A DNA stretch of 64,000 nt, taken from positions 139,085 through 203,084 of the forward strand of contig SVHS01000001.1 in the NCBI GenBank assembly GCA_015055745.1. The letters run 5' to 3'. The translations under genes were made by a program, and so were the position numbers. The number at the start of each line of letters is the position of its first letter. Within the stretch, counting starts at the first letter, position 1. The notes beneath the pieces are model-generated. The model searched no databases. It worked only from the letters and a program-made list of their open reading frames with translations, and had not been told where the DNA came from. Origin of the DNA: Clostridiales bacterium. Its GTDB lineage: Bacteria; Bacillota; Clostridia; Christensenellales; UBA1242. Positions 1 through 8,888 of the stretch are shown here, in pieces.

Positions 1-352
1 TATAGTAGATGTAAAAACAGTAAAAAAAGGTGATTTGGTGGGCTATGATTATAGATTTGTAGCACATGGTAGTATGCGTGTGGCTATCTTGCCTATAGGA
101 TATGCTGATGGATTTGATATACGATATATCGGAGCAGACATCATAGTGGGTGATACAAAATGTAGGGTTTTGAATATATGCATGGATTGCTTTATGCTAG
201 ATATTTCAAATACTGATTTAAAAAAAGGAGATGAGATATCTATTATCGATAAATCAAACTCCTTAAAGTATTTTGCCAATTATTCTCGTACTAGCGAGTA
301 TGAGGTGATGACAAAGTTTTCGCATATGCGAGCGGTGAGGATTGTGGTCTAG
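1..352 (+). CDS. alr: alanine racemase, C-terminal part (5' end outside window)
   Basis: Frame open from the window edge to TAG 350-352. The translation (VKKGDLVGYDYRF, ILPIGYADGF, CMDCFMLDIS, SEYEVMTKFSHMRAVR) fits the conserved Alr C-terminal domain pattern. Confidence 0.7.
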   Translation, partial: IVDVKTVKKGDLVGYDYRFVAHGSMRVAILPIGYADGFDIRYIGADIIVGDTKCRVLNICMDCFMLDISNTDLKKGDEISIIDKSNSLKYFANYSRTSEYEVMTKFSHMRAVRIVV

Positions 353-1074
353 CTCCTATCTCCACGTATTGTAAATATAAACAGCAATAATCTAAGTAAT
401 GATAATATAGATGTCACCAATGCAGCTACATAAGTCCATGCCGCAGCATTTAGCACTTTTTTCACACCCTTAGCTTCTTCATTGTCCATCTCACCAGTAG
501 CCACTAGCATATTGTATGCTCGCTTGCTAGCGTTTAACTCTACAGGTAGAGTCACTAGACAAAATACAATGTTTAATGCATATAATCCTGCACCTATATA
601 TAAAAATACATCTGCCATAGTAGCTTGGAATACTAGTTCCATGATGATACCTATGAATAAGAATACCCATGTTAGACTACTACATACATTCAATACAGGC
701 ACCAAAGCATTCCTAACCTTTATAGGTGTGTATTTTTCTTGATGCTGAAATACATGACCTACTTCGTGAGCTGTGACGCCTATGGCTGCGACGGTACTTT
801 GATCGTATACAGATTCAGATAGAGATACTGTATTTGTTTTAGGATTGTAATTGTCTGTGAGCTCGCCTTTTATGGGTTGTATTTTGGTGTCACCACATCC
901 ACCACTATTGAGCATATATCTCGCTACATCTTTTGCTGATTTTCCACTCTTGGTATCGATTTTGGCATATTTGTTAAATGTAGTGTAGACTTTTGATTGT
1001 GCCCATATACCCAATATTATGCCAGGTATCATGACAATGCCAAGAATATAATAAACTAAATAAGCGTAGTACAT
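349..1074 (-). CDS. yugP: YugP-type putative neutral zinc metallopeptidase (membrane)
   Basis: 241-aa ORF with HEVGH zinc motif, flanking TM segments, and NASKRA and VLNAAAWTYVAA motifs as in B. subtilis YugP (from memory). Confidence 0.8.
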   Translation of the reverse strand: MYYAYLVYYILGIVMIPGIILGIWAQSKVYTTFNKYAKIDTKSGKSAKDVARYMLNSGGCGDTKIQPIKGELTDNYNPKTNTVSLSESVYDQSTVAAIGVTAHEVGHVFQHQEKYTPIKVRNALVPVLNVCSSLTWVFLFIGIIMELVFQATMADVFLYIGAGLYALNIVFCLVTLPVELNASKRAYNMLVATGEMDNEEAKGVKKVLNAAAWTYVAALVTSILSLLRLLLFIFTIRGDRS

Positions 1075-1384
1075 TTTTTCTCCTATATTATTTTTATGAT
1101 ACTACTATTTTATTTATTTGTCAATGTTTTATGCGGAGAGTATTTTTTTATTTATTATAATAAGGAATTATTTAATATAATAATATAAATTGTATATAAT
1201 TAAAGATTGAATTTAGCCTGTAAATACCCTAGAAAATAGGTGGAAACTCAAAAATCTAAAAAAAATTATAAAAAAATTAAAAAAATATTTAAAAATTATT
1301 AGTAATTAATATTTCTTTGTGTTATAATACCAATGTAGATAAATGTCTAAAATAATTTTATTTTAGCGTTTTAAAGGGGTGATT

Positions 1385-3763
1385 ATGTTTGAAATTTTCA
1401 AACCAGTCAGTAATTTCTTTGATCAATTAAGCGATTATGTGACTTACAATGAAGTATTCATCGTATCTATAGCTTTATTTTTATTTATCATGCTAGCAGT
1501 GATTATTTCTACATCACGTTCTTATGAGGCTAGACTGATCAAAGCGATAGATATGTTCAATACATATTTTATAGATAATCCACAGATTACGGAAGAGAAT
1601 CTGGTGGCTTTCAATGCAAAAATGAAGACTAGAAAAGTGCCAAAACAGCTCAGAAAACAGTGGCAACAATTTGTCTTATATCGTGAAGATAAGGCAAGTC
1701 ACTATATGTCTTTTGAAAACTGTGTGTCCAATCCTATAAAAAATAGTACATACAAGCGTGATATTACTATTATGAATATTTTGGCATACATCGTGGCTGG
1801 AATATCTTTGTTATTAAATTGTTTTTATGCATATGAAGGCGCAGGTGAAGGTGCCGATTTTGGTATGGTATTGCAGAATGTACTACTCTCTCCAGTGATT
1901 GTTTTGCTAATAAATTGGATAGTGACTATATTCTTGGACTTGAGACATAATGCTATAGTGAGTGATTTGTATCAAAATTATCAATATTTTGAGGTGAATA
2001 TTGACAAGGCTACTCAGACATTACCAGAATATGTGGATTATGAAGTGTTGTTTGATAGACAAGAGATCAAAAAAGGTATTCCGATCCTTTATGCATATCT
2101 TCAAAAGCGTGCAGAAGAAGAGCAAAGAGAGCTAGAAAGAGCAAGACTTAAAAATGTCGAACATGAGAAATTTAATTTTGACGAAGCTGGAGTGGCTGGT
2201 TCTCTAGTATTAGAGAGAGCAATGCAAGAGGCAGAAAACTATATTGCAGAGCGTAAAAAATATAATCAAGATACTCAGCAGATAAACTCAGATATCACTC
2301 AAGAAGACATGAATTATCGTGAGATTACAAAAGAGTACAATAGACAAATGCAAGTAAGTAAAGAGACTTTTGCAAACTTCAAGTCCCAGCTAGAAGAAGT
2401 ATCTTCTACTATCGAAGCAAACTATCTAAAGAAACAGCAACAGCAAGAGCTAGACAGACAGCGAAATCTTGAGAGAGATTTTGATACTGCTACAGAGAGA
2501 CACAAAAAAGTCATCGAGAGCTACCATGCTGAGCTAGACTCAGTAGATAAGTTTATCGCTGAGAGTAGAAAGTCGCTAGAAGACGCTATGATGAGTGAAT
2601 TTGCCACTTATAGTGGCAAGGTTTATGATGAGGCTAAAAAGGTTGTCGAAGAGAGAGAAAAAGCAAAGCATAATAAATTAAAGAATGAAATTAAATCACT
2701 CGAAGAAAGACTTATCAGCAAAGATCAAGAGCTAGATAAAGTATATGAGCAATTGCAGGCATTGAATGATAGATTGGCTCAGATGGGAGATGTACCTACC
2801 GATACATACACTCAGCCAGAGCCTGAAAATTATGAGCCTCAGTATCTAAATGAAGAGGTATCTCCAGAGGAGTCTATAGTCCAATATCCAGCGTATGATC
2901 AAAATGCTAGTGCAGAATTGACAGAATTCCCAAATGAGATACCTGAATATCAAGAGCCAGTATATTCTGAAGAACAAGGGGTTGAATCTTTAGAGCCTAT
3001 ATATACTGAGACAAATATCTCCACTGATCCGATCGAGGAAAAAGTAGTGCAAGGCGCTACGGAAAGCAAGGGGCAAGACGAACAAAAACCAATATTAACA
3101 GTCGATGATGTAATAAACAATTACTATGCTCAGAAAAAGGCCGCAGAAGAATCTCTGCCAGAGATGCAAGCAGAGGTTAAAGAGGAAAAAGTAGAAAAGA
3201 AAAAAGCAGGTCGTCCAAGGAAAGTGGTGACTGAGGTCGCTACTACAGAAAAGAAAAAGCCAGGTAGACCTAGAAAAGAAAAGCAAGCAGAGACACAGCC
3301 TAAAAAAGGACCTGGTCGTCCAAAGAAAGTGACCTCAGAGACTGCTGAGGAAAAACCTGTAAAGAAAGGACGCGGTAGACCTAGAAAAGTGCAGATTGCT
3401 ACTGCTAATGAGCCAAAGAAAGGCAGAGGTAGACCTAAAAAGCAAGTATCAGTAGAAGAAAAAGTAAATACTGAGAAAAAGAAAAGAGGTCGTCCAAAGA
3501 AAGAAGTGGCAAAGACTGAAAATGTGGCTCCAGTAAAGAAAGGTCGTGGAAGACCTAGAAAAGTACAGGTAGCTGAGGCAAATACAGAGCCAAAGAGGGG
3601 TAGGGGTAGACCTAGGAAGACAGATAGTATTCCTCAAGACATCTCAGATATAGATGCGTATCTAAAAGAGATAGATGATGCTATTGCAAAAGAAAATGCT
3701 AAGCTAGAAGAAAATCAAAAAGAGCTAGCAAAAAAAGCAAAGATTGCAAAAAATAAAAAATAA
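1385..3763 (+). CDS. membrane-anchored coiled-coil protein with C-terminal array of eight AT-hook motifs
   Basis: ORF track 1379..3763. ATG 1385 sits 5-7 nt after AAAGGGG. About 3 TM helices lie in the first 190 aa, followed by long E/K/Q-rich heptad-like segments, an acidic P/E linker, then 8 x GRP(R/K)K. Confidence 0.8.
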   Translation: MFEIFKPVSNFFDQLSDYVTYNEVFIVSIALFLFIMLAVIISTSRSYEARLIKAIDMFNTYFIDNPQITEENLVAFNAKMKTRKVPKQLRKQWQQFVLYREDKASHYMSFENCVSNPIKNSTYKRDITIMNILAYIVAGISLLLNCFYAYEGAGEGADFGMVLQNVLLSPVIVLLINWIVTIFLDLRHNAIVSDLYQNYQYFEVNIDKATQTLPEYVDYEVLFDRQEIKKGIPILYAYLQKRAEEEQRELERARLKNVEHEKFNFDEAGVAGSLVLERAMQEAENYIAERKKYNQDTQQINSDITQEDMNYREITKEYNRQMQVSKETFANFKSQLEEVSSTIEANYLKKQQQQELDRQRNLERDFDTATERHKKVIESYHAELDSVDKFIAESRKSLEDAMMSEFATYSGKVYDEAKKVVEEREKAKHNKLKNEIKSLEERLISKDQELDKVYEQLQALNDRLAQMGDVPTDTYTQPEPENYEPQYLNEEVSPEESIVQYPAYDQNASAELTEFPNEIPEYQEPVYSEEQGVESLEPIYTETNISTDPIEEKVVQGATESKGQDEQKPILTVDDVINNYYAQKKAAEESLPEMQAEVKEEKVEKKKAGRPRKVVTEVATTEKKKPGRPRKEKQAETQPKKGPGRPKKVTSETAEEKPVKKGRGRPRKVQIATANEPKKGRGRPKKQVSVEEKVNTEKKKRGRPKKEVAKTENVAPVKKGRGRPRKVQVAEANTEPKRGRGRPRKTDSIPQDISDIDAYLKEIDDAIAKENAKLEENQKELAKKAKIAKNKK
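3200..3625 (+). repeat. in-frame AT-hook repeat array (8 x K-K-x-G-R-P-R/K-K, about 20-25 aa spacing; last four hooks form a duplicated two-hook unit)
   Basis: AGRPRK, PGRPRK, PGRPKK, RGRPRK, RGRPKK, RGRPKK, RGRPRK, RGRPRK. PVKKGRGRPRKVQIATANEPKKGRGRPKK is echoed by PVKKGRGRPRKVQVAEANTEPKRGRGRPRK. Confidence 0.85.
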
Positions 3764-3907
3764 GCATCAATATAACAAAAAAAGAGTTAGGATAAGATTT
3801 TATCTTAATTCTTTTTTCAATAATTTTGTAATTCATAGTACATTTTTACAAAAAGTATGATATACTTAGCAAAATATCTATAAAGAAGAACACTAAAAGG
3901 AATTGAT

Positions 3908-4903
3908 ATGAATGAACCTGTAGAATTAAATTTTAAAAGTAAAAAACCATGGTTAAAAGCAGTGATACTTGGCTTTTTGATAGGCCTTGCTGTCATACTT
4001 CCAGGTATCAGTGGTGCGACACTTGCTATTATATTTGGATTGTATTCAAAAATGATTTATTCATTTGGTAATATTTTCAAGCAATTTAAAAAATGTTTCT
4101 TATTTTTACTACCTATAGGTATAGGTATTGTGATAGGTGTTGCTGTAGGTTTTTTCTTTGTGCGAGAAGTTTTTGAAGCACAGCCCTTTATTGTGATATG
4201 TCTTTTTGCGGGGCTGATGATAGGCTCATTTCCAGCAGTCAAGGACGAGATCAAGGGTGTAAAGTGGAATACAAAAAGGATTATCCTATTTGCACTTGGT
4301 ATTTTGATACCTATTTCTGTCGGTATCGTATCAATATTTATTCAGACAGCTTCATCTGCTCCTATTATTGCTACACCTATGCTTATGGTTTTTTATTTTG
4401 TGTTGGGTGGTGTAGTGAGTATTACGCAAATTATTCCAGGACTTTCTTGCTCGGCGCTTCTTATGGCGTTTGGACAATTTGGTGCAATCCTTGCCTCTAT
4501 TCATTTTGATTATTTAAAAGCAAATCCTCTTGTAATAGTGACACTTTTATTGTTGGTTATAGGCTTTTTGATAGGGCTTGTGGTATTTTCAAAATTGTTA
4601 AATAAATTGTTTGAAAAAAAGAGAGATGATACTTTTACTATGATTGTAGGATTGTCACTTGGTTCAATAGTCACAATGTTTTTAAATCCAGATATTTATG
4701 CGGCATACACATCATGGGTGTCAGTAGGCGAAGTGTTCAAATATTTAGGCATAGGTGTAGTACTTTTAGCTGTAGGATTTATTATCTCTTACATGCTTGT
4801 AAGGTATCAAAGGAAAATTAATGAAAAAGCAAAGATAAATACACAAAAAGAAACTGAAAACATAAAAGAAATCACAAATATAGACCAAGAAAAAGACAAA
4901 TAA
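3908..4903 (+). CDS. DUF368-family polytopic membrane protein (family recently linked to undecaprenyl-phosphate recycling)
   Basis: 331-aa ORF with about 8 TM segments and a GISGATLAIIFGLY motif typical of DUF368. SD-like AAAGGAA upstream. Confidence 0.55.
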   Translation: MNEPVELNFKSKKPWLKAVILGFLIGLAVILPGISGATLAIIFGLYSKMIYSFGNIFKQFKKCFLFLLPIGIGIVIGVAVGFFFVREVFEAQPFIVICLFAGLMIGSFPAVKDEIKGVKWNTKRIILFALGILIPISVGIVSIFIQTASSAPIIATPMLMVFYFVLGGVVSITQIIPGLSCSALLMAFGQFGAILASIHFDYLKANPLVIVTLLLLVIGFLIGLVVFSKLLNKLFEKKRDDTFTMIVGLSLGSIVTMFLNPDIYAAYTSWVSVGEVFKYLGIGVVLLAVGFIISYMLVRYQRKINEKAKINTQKETENIKEITNIDQEKDK

Positions 4904-4927
4904 AAAGAGCCACTTTGGCTCTTTATT
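4903..4927. terminator. bidirectional rho-independent terminator between convergent genes
   Basis: AAGAGCCA / TGGCTCTT stem flanked by an A-run and a T-run. Confidence 0.65.
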
Positions 4928-5111
4928 TATTTAATGCTTTGAGTAAAGAGTCGATATCGACCTCGTGTACTTGACAAGCTTCTTCTAATGTCTCCATCTG
5001 AGAGCAGGGGCAATATAGACAGTGAAAGCCAAATTGCGTCAATATCTCTTCACCATTTGGGTGATTTTCTAGTACAAAACTAATGATGTCTGTCTTTTTA
5101 AATTTTTTCAT
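4923..5111 (-). CDS. DUF1858 / hybrid-cluster-protein-associated redox disulfide protein
   Basis: 62-aa ORF with a GFHCLYCPCSQMETLEEAC motif. Strong SD (AAGGAGA) upstream. Confidence 0.6.
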   Translation of the reverse strand: MKKFKKTDIISFVLENHPNGEEILTQFGFHCLYCPCSQMETLEEACQVHEVDIDSLLKALNK

Positions 5112-5120
5112 AATTTCTCC

Positions 5121-5936
5121 TTATCTCCTATATCCGCATCTGTGGCAATATAAAGATCCTTTAATAAGTTTGCTTTTGCATTGCGGACAAAGGGTTTCTT
5201 GATGATTAGTATACTCAGTTTTTTGTGTTTGGTCAAATTTATTTTCTATTTCTTGTGTTAAATTTGTATTTTTATGTGACGATGAAAAGAATTTTTTTCT
5301 TTGTACATTGCCATCACTTTTCTCAGCTATGCGTAAAGAAAATTGATTTAGCGAGATACCTATTTTGGTTAGAGATTTACTAATTTTGTCTCTTATGTCA
5401 CATATAATATTGTTTCCTAAGTCTAAAGAATCCAATCTTTTTCTTAAAAAATACGTCCTGATATCGTTTTCTATGTAGGATAGTACTAAATCATTAGAAT
5501 GCAATGCTGTGGTGCTATATACTTCATGACATATGGCGGTACAAAATTTTTTTGCATCAGTCACAGAGAGATTGATATTAGCTTCAAATAGTAATTTTGT
5601 CAGTCTATCATGGTATATTACTTTATCTGCGTAAGATAGTGGAAAATCAAAAGCTCGTGTATTTACAAAGAAAAAATCTATTTTTAGTTTCTTTAGATTT
5701 TTTTGACCTTTTCTTTGTCTGTCATATAGGTCTAGAAGAGTCTCTTTGCTGAGAATGTAGGTACCAGCAGTAAACTCATAAAAAAATCGATCTTTGTATG
5801 TGACAAAGCAAACGATATCGTCAAATATAGTGATTTTATCTCCGATCTTGATAGTGACAAAATTGCTAGACACCAAGCCTTTAGAAATATCTGACGGAAC
5901 TAAATAATTTAGTTTATTTTTAAACAAATTAAACAC
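5121..5936 (-). CDS. SPFH-like protein with C-terminal zinc ribbon (COG4260/YdjI-like)
   Basis: 271-aa ORF ending CPQCKSKLIKGSLYCHRCGY (CxxC-x9-CxxC). The N-terminal 200 aa resemble virion-core/SPFH-type proteins by eye. GTG start. Confidence 0.45.
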   Translation of the reverse strand: MFNLFKNKLNYLVPSDISKGLVSSNFVTIKIGDKITIFDDIVCFVTYKDRFFYEFTAGTYILSKETLLDLYDRQRKGQKNLKKLKIDFFFVNTRAFDFPLSYADKVIYHDRLTKLLFEANINLSVTDAKKFCTAICHEVYSTTALHSNDLVLSYIENDIRTYFLRKRLDSLDLGNNIICDIRDKISKSLTKIGISLNQFSLRIAEKSDGNVQRKKFFSSSHKNTNLTQEIENKFDQTQKTEYTNHQETLCPQCKSKLIKGSLYCHRCGYRR

Positions 5937-5986
5937 ACTAATATTATATCATATTTCTAGATAAATTACAACTTTTTCATTTTATC

Positions 5987-6015
5987 TTGACAATATATAA
6001 TTGAAATTATATAAT
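5987..6015 (+). promoter_or_regulatory. consensus sigma-A-type promoter directly abutting the ltaS-like start codon
   Basis: TTGACA (5987-5992), 17-nt spacer, TATAAT (6010-6015), 7 nt, then ATG 6023. No Shine-Dalgarno sequence. Confidence 0.6.
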
Positions 6016-6022
6016 TATTTAA

Positions 6023-8176
6023 ATGTTTAGGACAGTTTTTAATAAGCTCTTGATGCTATTTTATTACGTAGTAGGTGCGCTTATATTGGAGGCGCTTACT
6101 TTTCATATCCTAAATCTTGGCACGGTACCTGAATACTATTTTTACAATCTATCTATCATTTTTACTATAGCTGTGATAATCTTTGTGATACCAAACTATG
6201 TGGCGCAATATGTGTTGTATACTATTATACTCACTATCCAAGTGATATTTATATATGTAAATTATTCTTTGCTGATGATTTATGGTGATTTGTTTTCTGT
6301 GGATATGATAAATATGATAGGAGAGGCTGGAGCAGCTATGACGTCTAGCTTTATTTATGTTTCTGTCATATTGCAGCTTGTTGGAGTATTTTTAGCTATC
6401 GTGCTTATTGGTGGTATTTTACTAAAATACTGCAACAAAGACAAAAATAATTTACGTTATCATTTTTCTATATTCAATGTGATTATTATACTTAGTTTTC
6501 AATGTTTTAGTATAGGTTATTTTGTCAATACTCGTCAAGAGATCAATAAGCTGGCTAGCTTGTCCGAGGCAAATTATATGGCTAGTGATACATTCCTTAT
6601 GAATACTTCGTTTTTGAAAGAAAGCAGCTATACAAAGTTTGGTACATATGGATATTTTGCAAATATTATTGCCAATCAAATGGTGCACAATACTAGTATT
6701 ATTGAACGTGCGACATTGGACTATTTTACTAAAGGTGATATTTATGGTACAGAGGGAAATAGTAGTCCTGTATTTAGTGTCGATAATGGAAATAATGTCA
6801 TAGTCATCATGATGGAGTCACTGGAGTGGTTTGGTTTTGGTGATGGTACGTATAGTAGTGAGCTTGATTATCTTACTCCAGCGTATACACCAAATATTTA
6901 CGGATTAATATATGGTGATGTAGATAAAGTAAATGATGATTCACTGATCGCTACTTCATTCTTTGCAAAATCCAAGACAAATATGTCTGAGGGGCAAGGA
7001 ATAATAGGAAATTATCCAGTAGGGCAGAGTCTTACAGAAGTGGTAAGAAATGATACGGACGATAGAAAAGCATTAGGATACGCCATGCCAAATGTGATGA
7101 GAGATTTAGGTTATACTACGACTTATGTGCATTCAAATGAGATAGGATTTTATGATAGAGTAGAGACGCATCATCATTTAGGTTTTGATAGGGTGATAGG
7201 TAAAGACAATCTGACAGATAAAGAAGGCAATCGTATTTACTCAGGCGATGAGCTTGAGTTTGACAATTGGGATGCTGAGGGTAGATTTGTAGAAAATGCT
7301 ATTGATTATATTGTGCCAAAAGATGCTGATAAATTTTATACTTTCTATCTAAATGTATCTTCTCATGGTCCGTATGAAAAGAAATACAATCTTCATGACG
7401 GAGATGCTATAAAATATTATTATTATGTAAAATATGGCGAAGATGACTGCGTACAAAATGAAAATGGTGATTGGGTATTGTCTGTAGCTGAGAATGAGGC
7501 GACTTTTAGTGACTGGTATCTAAATGTGAAAGAGACAAGGCCAAACGATAGCAGTCTTTGGGAAGAAATGGTATATTATCAGTGTGGTGTGATAGGTCTT
7601 GATGATGCTATAGGTGTGATTTTAGGTAAGTTAGATGAATACGGTATCGCAGATGAGACTACTTTGTTGCTTTATTCTGATCATTATTCTTATTATGATG
7701 GTCTTACTCATAGATTCAAGGGGTTTGATGAAGATGATTTTACGTCTATCGAATTAAATACTATACCTTTGATAATCTCCAGCCCTGGGCTCAAAGAAAT
7801 AAACACATCTAGCGCGAAATATACCATAACAGATAGATTTTGCTCAGCATACGATATAGTGCCTACATTGTTTGATTTACTAGGAATACAATTTAATGAA
7901 AATTTGTATTTAGGACATTCATTATTTAGACCAGCTGATTATGTCTACGGCGAAGGTGATGAAAAGACTGATATGGTAGTATATTACTCCAATACTGGTG
8001 GTTTATTTAGCAAAGATGTATATACTTTCAATTTTTCAGACTTTGTCAGCCCTACCCATGTAGATAGTGAGACTATAGCGCTATTCAAGTCAGAAGCAAG
8101 TGCTATTTTACAGAAATTGAATTTCTTAAGCATATTAAATCGATATAATCTGTATTATAAATTAATAAATATTTAA
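6023..8176 (+). CDS. ltaS: LTA synthase family protein (N-terminal 5-TM domain plus extracellular sulfatase/alkaline-phosphatase-type domain)
   Basis: 717-aa ORF with multiple N-terminal TM helices, then MMESLEWF, NVSSHGPY and LLYSDH motifs of the LtaS/sulfatase fold. Confidence 0.7.
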   Translation: MFRTVFNKLLMLFYYVVGALILEALTFHILNLGTVPEYYFYNLSIIFTIAVIIFVIPNYVAQYVLYTIILTIQVIFIYVNYSLLMIYGDLFSVDMINMIGEAGAAMTSSFIYVSVILQLVGVFLAIVLIGGILLKYCNKDKNNLRYHFSIFNVIIILSFQCFSIGYFVNTRQEINKLASLSEANYMASDTFLMNTSFLKESSYTKFGTYGYFANIIANQMVHNTSIIERATLDYFTKGDIYGTEGNSSPVFSVDNGNNVIVIMMESLEWFGFGDGTYSSELDYLTPAYTPNIYGLIYGDVDKVNDDSLIATSFFAKSKTNMSEGQGIIGNYPVGQSLTEVVRNDTDDRKALGYAMPNVMRDLGYTTTYVHSNEIGFYDRVETHHHLGFDRVIGKDNLTDKEGNRIYSGDELEFDNWDAEGRFVENAIDYIVPKDADKFYTFYLNVSSHGPYEKKYNLHDGDAIKYYYYVKYGEDDCVQNENGDWVLSVAENEATFSDWYLNVKETRPNDSSLWEEMVYYQCGVIGLDDAIGVILGKLDEYGIADETTLLLYSDHYSYYDGLTHRFKGFDEDDFTSIELNTIPLIISSPGLKEINTSSAKYTITDRFCSAYDIVPTLFDLLGIQFNENLYLGHSLFRPADYVYGEGDEKTDMVVYYSNTGGLFSKDVYTFNFSDFVSPTHVDSETIALFKSEASAILQKLNFLSILNRYNLYYKLINI

Positions 8177-8193
8177 AAACTTTTTAAAAACTG

Positions 8194-8222
8194 TTGACAA
8201 CGAGGAAAATTTGTTTTATAAT
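8194..8222 (+). promoter_or_regulatory. sigma-A-type promoter for tRNA-Asn
   Basis: TTGACA (8194-8199), 17 nt, TATAAT (8217-8222). Confidence 0.6.
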
Positions 8223-8236
8223 ATACTCGTTGTTAT

Positions 8237-8311
8237 GCCTCGATAGCTCAATGGTGGAGCACTCGGCTGTTAACCGATAGGTTGTAGGTTCGAGCCCTAC
8301 TCGGGGCGCCA
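8237..8311 (+). tRNA. tRNA-Asn (GUU)
   Basis: Cloverleaf folded by hand: acceptor GCCTCGA/TCGGGGC, D stem GCTC/GAGC, anticodon loop CTGTTAA, T loop TTCGAGC, encoded CCA. Confidence 0.9.
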
Positions 8312-8317
8312 AAAATC

Positions 8318-8343
8318 ACTCAGGATAATTCCTGAGTTTTTTA
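8318..8343 (+). terminator. rho-independent terminator after tRNA-Asn
   Basis: ACTCAGGA-TAAT-TCCTGAGT perfect 8-bp stem plus T-run. Confidence 0.75.
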
Positions 8344-8514
8344 TTTATATGTTTGATTGCGTGCAGGCTTAAGGGCTACCTTAAGTCTTTTTTATGTCTA
8401 TTGAGTCGAAATTTGAATGTAAATAAAGTATTTTGTACAAAAATAAAAGAATTTTGTACAAAATACTTGACAGGGCTGGAAAAATGTGGTAAAAACACAT
8501 CAGAGGACGAGTAT

Positions 8515-8880
8515 ATGACATTGAAAGAAAAGAAATATTTTGGTAAAATCCATAGATGTAGATTTATCATCAAGAGACTCGATGGTCTGGGGATAAATCG
8601 AAAATATTTGGGATATTATTATGTGGTGGATATTTTAGATATTATGATTAATGATGATATGGAAATAAAGTCTTTTTCAAGGCAGATATATCCACAGATA
8701 GCTAGCAAATATGGTAAGACGGAGTGTACGGTCGAGAGGAATATAAGAAGTCTCATAGATAAGACATGGGGAATAAATGTGTCAAACTTGTTGGGTGACT
8801 TTTCTCCATCTGAAGAGAAACCCACTTGTCAAAAATTTTTGTACGCGGTAAAAAATTATATCATACAAGACATTGCATAA
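8515..8880 (+). CDS. stand-alone Spo0A C-terminal (DNA-binding) domain protein, no receiver domain
   Basis: ORF track 8353..8880. ATG 8515 follows GAGGA and a TTGACA-17-TAAAAA promoter (8467-8495). GINRKYLGYYYVVDIL, IYPQIASKYGKTECTVERNIRSLIDKTW parallels Spo0A [40 protein letters not shown] (from memory). Confidence 0.6.
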   Translation: MTLKEKKYFGKIHRCRFIIKRLDGLGINRKYLGYYYVVDILDIMINDDMEIKSFSRQIYPQIASKYGKTECTVERNIRSLIDKTWGINVSNLLGDFSPSEEKPTCQKFLYAVKNYIIQDIA

Positions 8881-8888
8881 AGAAAAAA

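Noticed and set aside
4198-4509. 103-aa alternative-frame ORF inside the DUF368 gene
   Set aside because: It is nested out of frame in a polytopic membrane-protein gene whose own frame gives coherent TM helices. The alternative translation is Cys/Tyr-rich nonsense with no SD.
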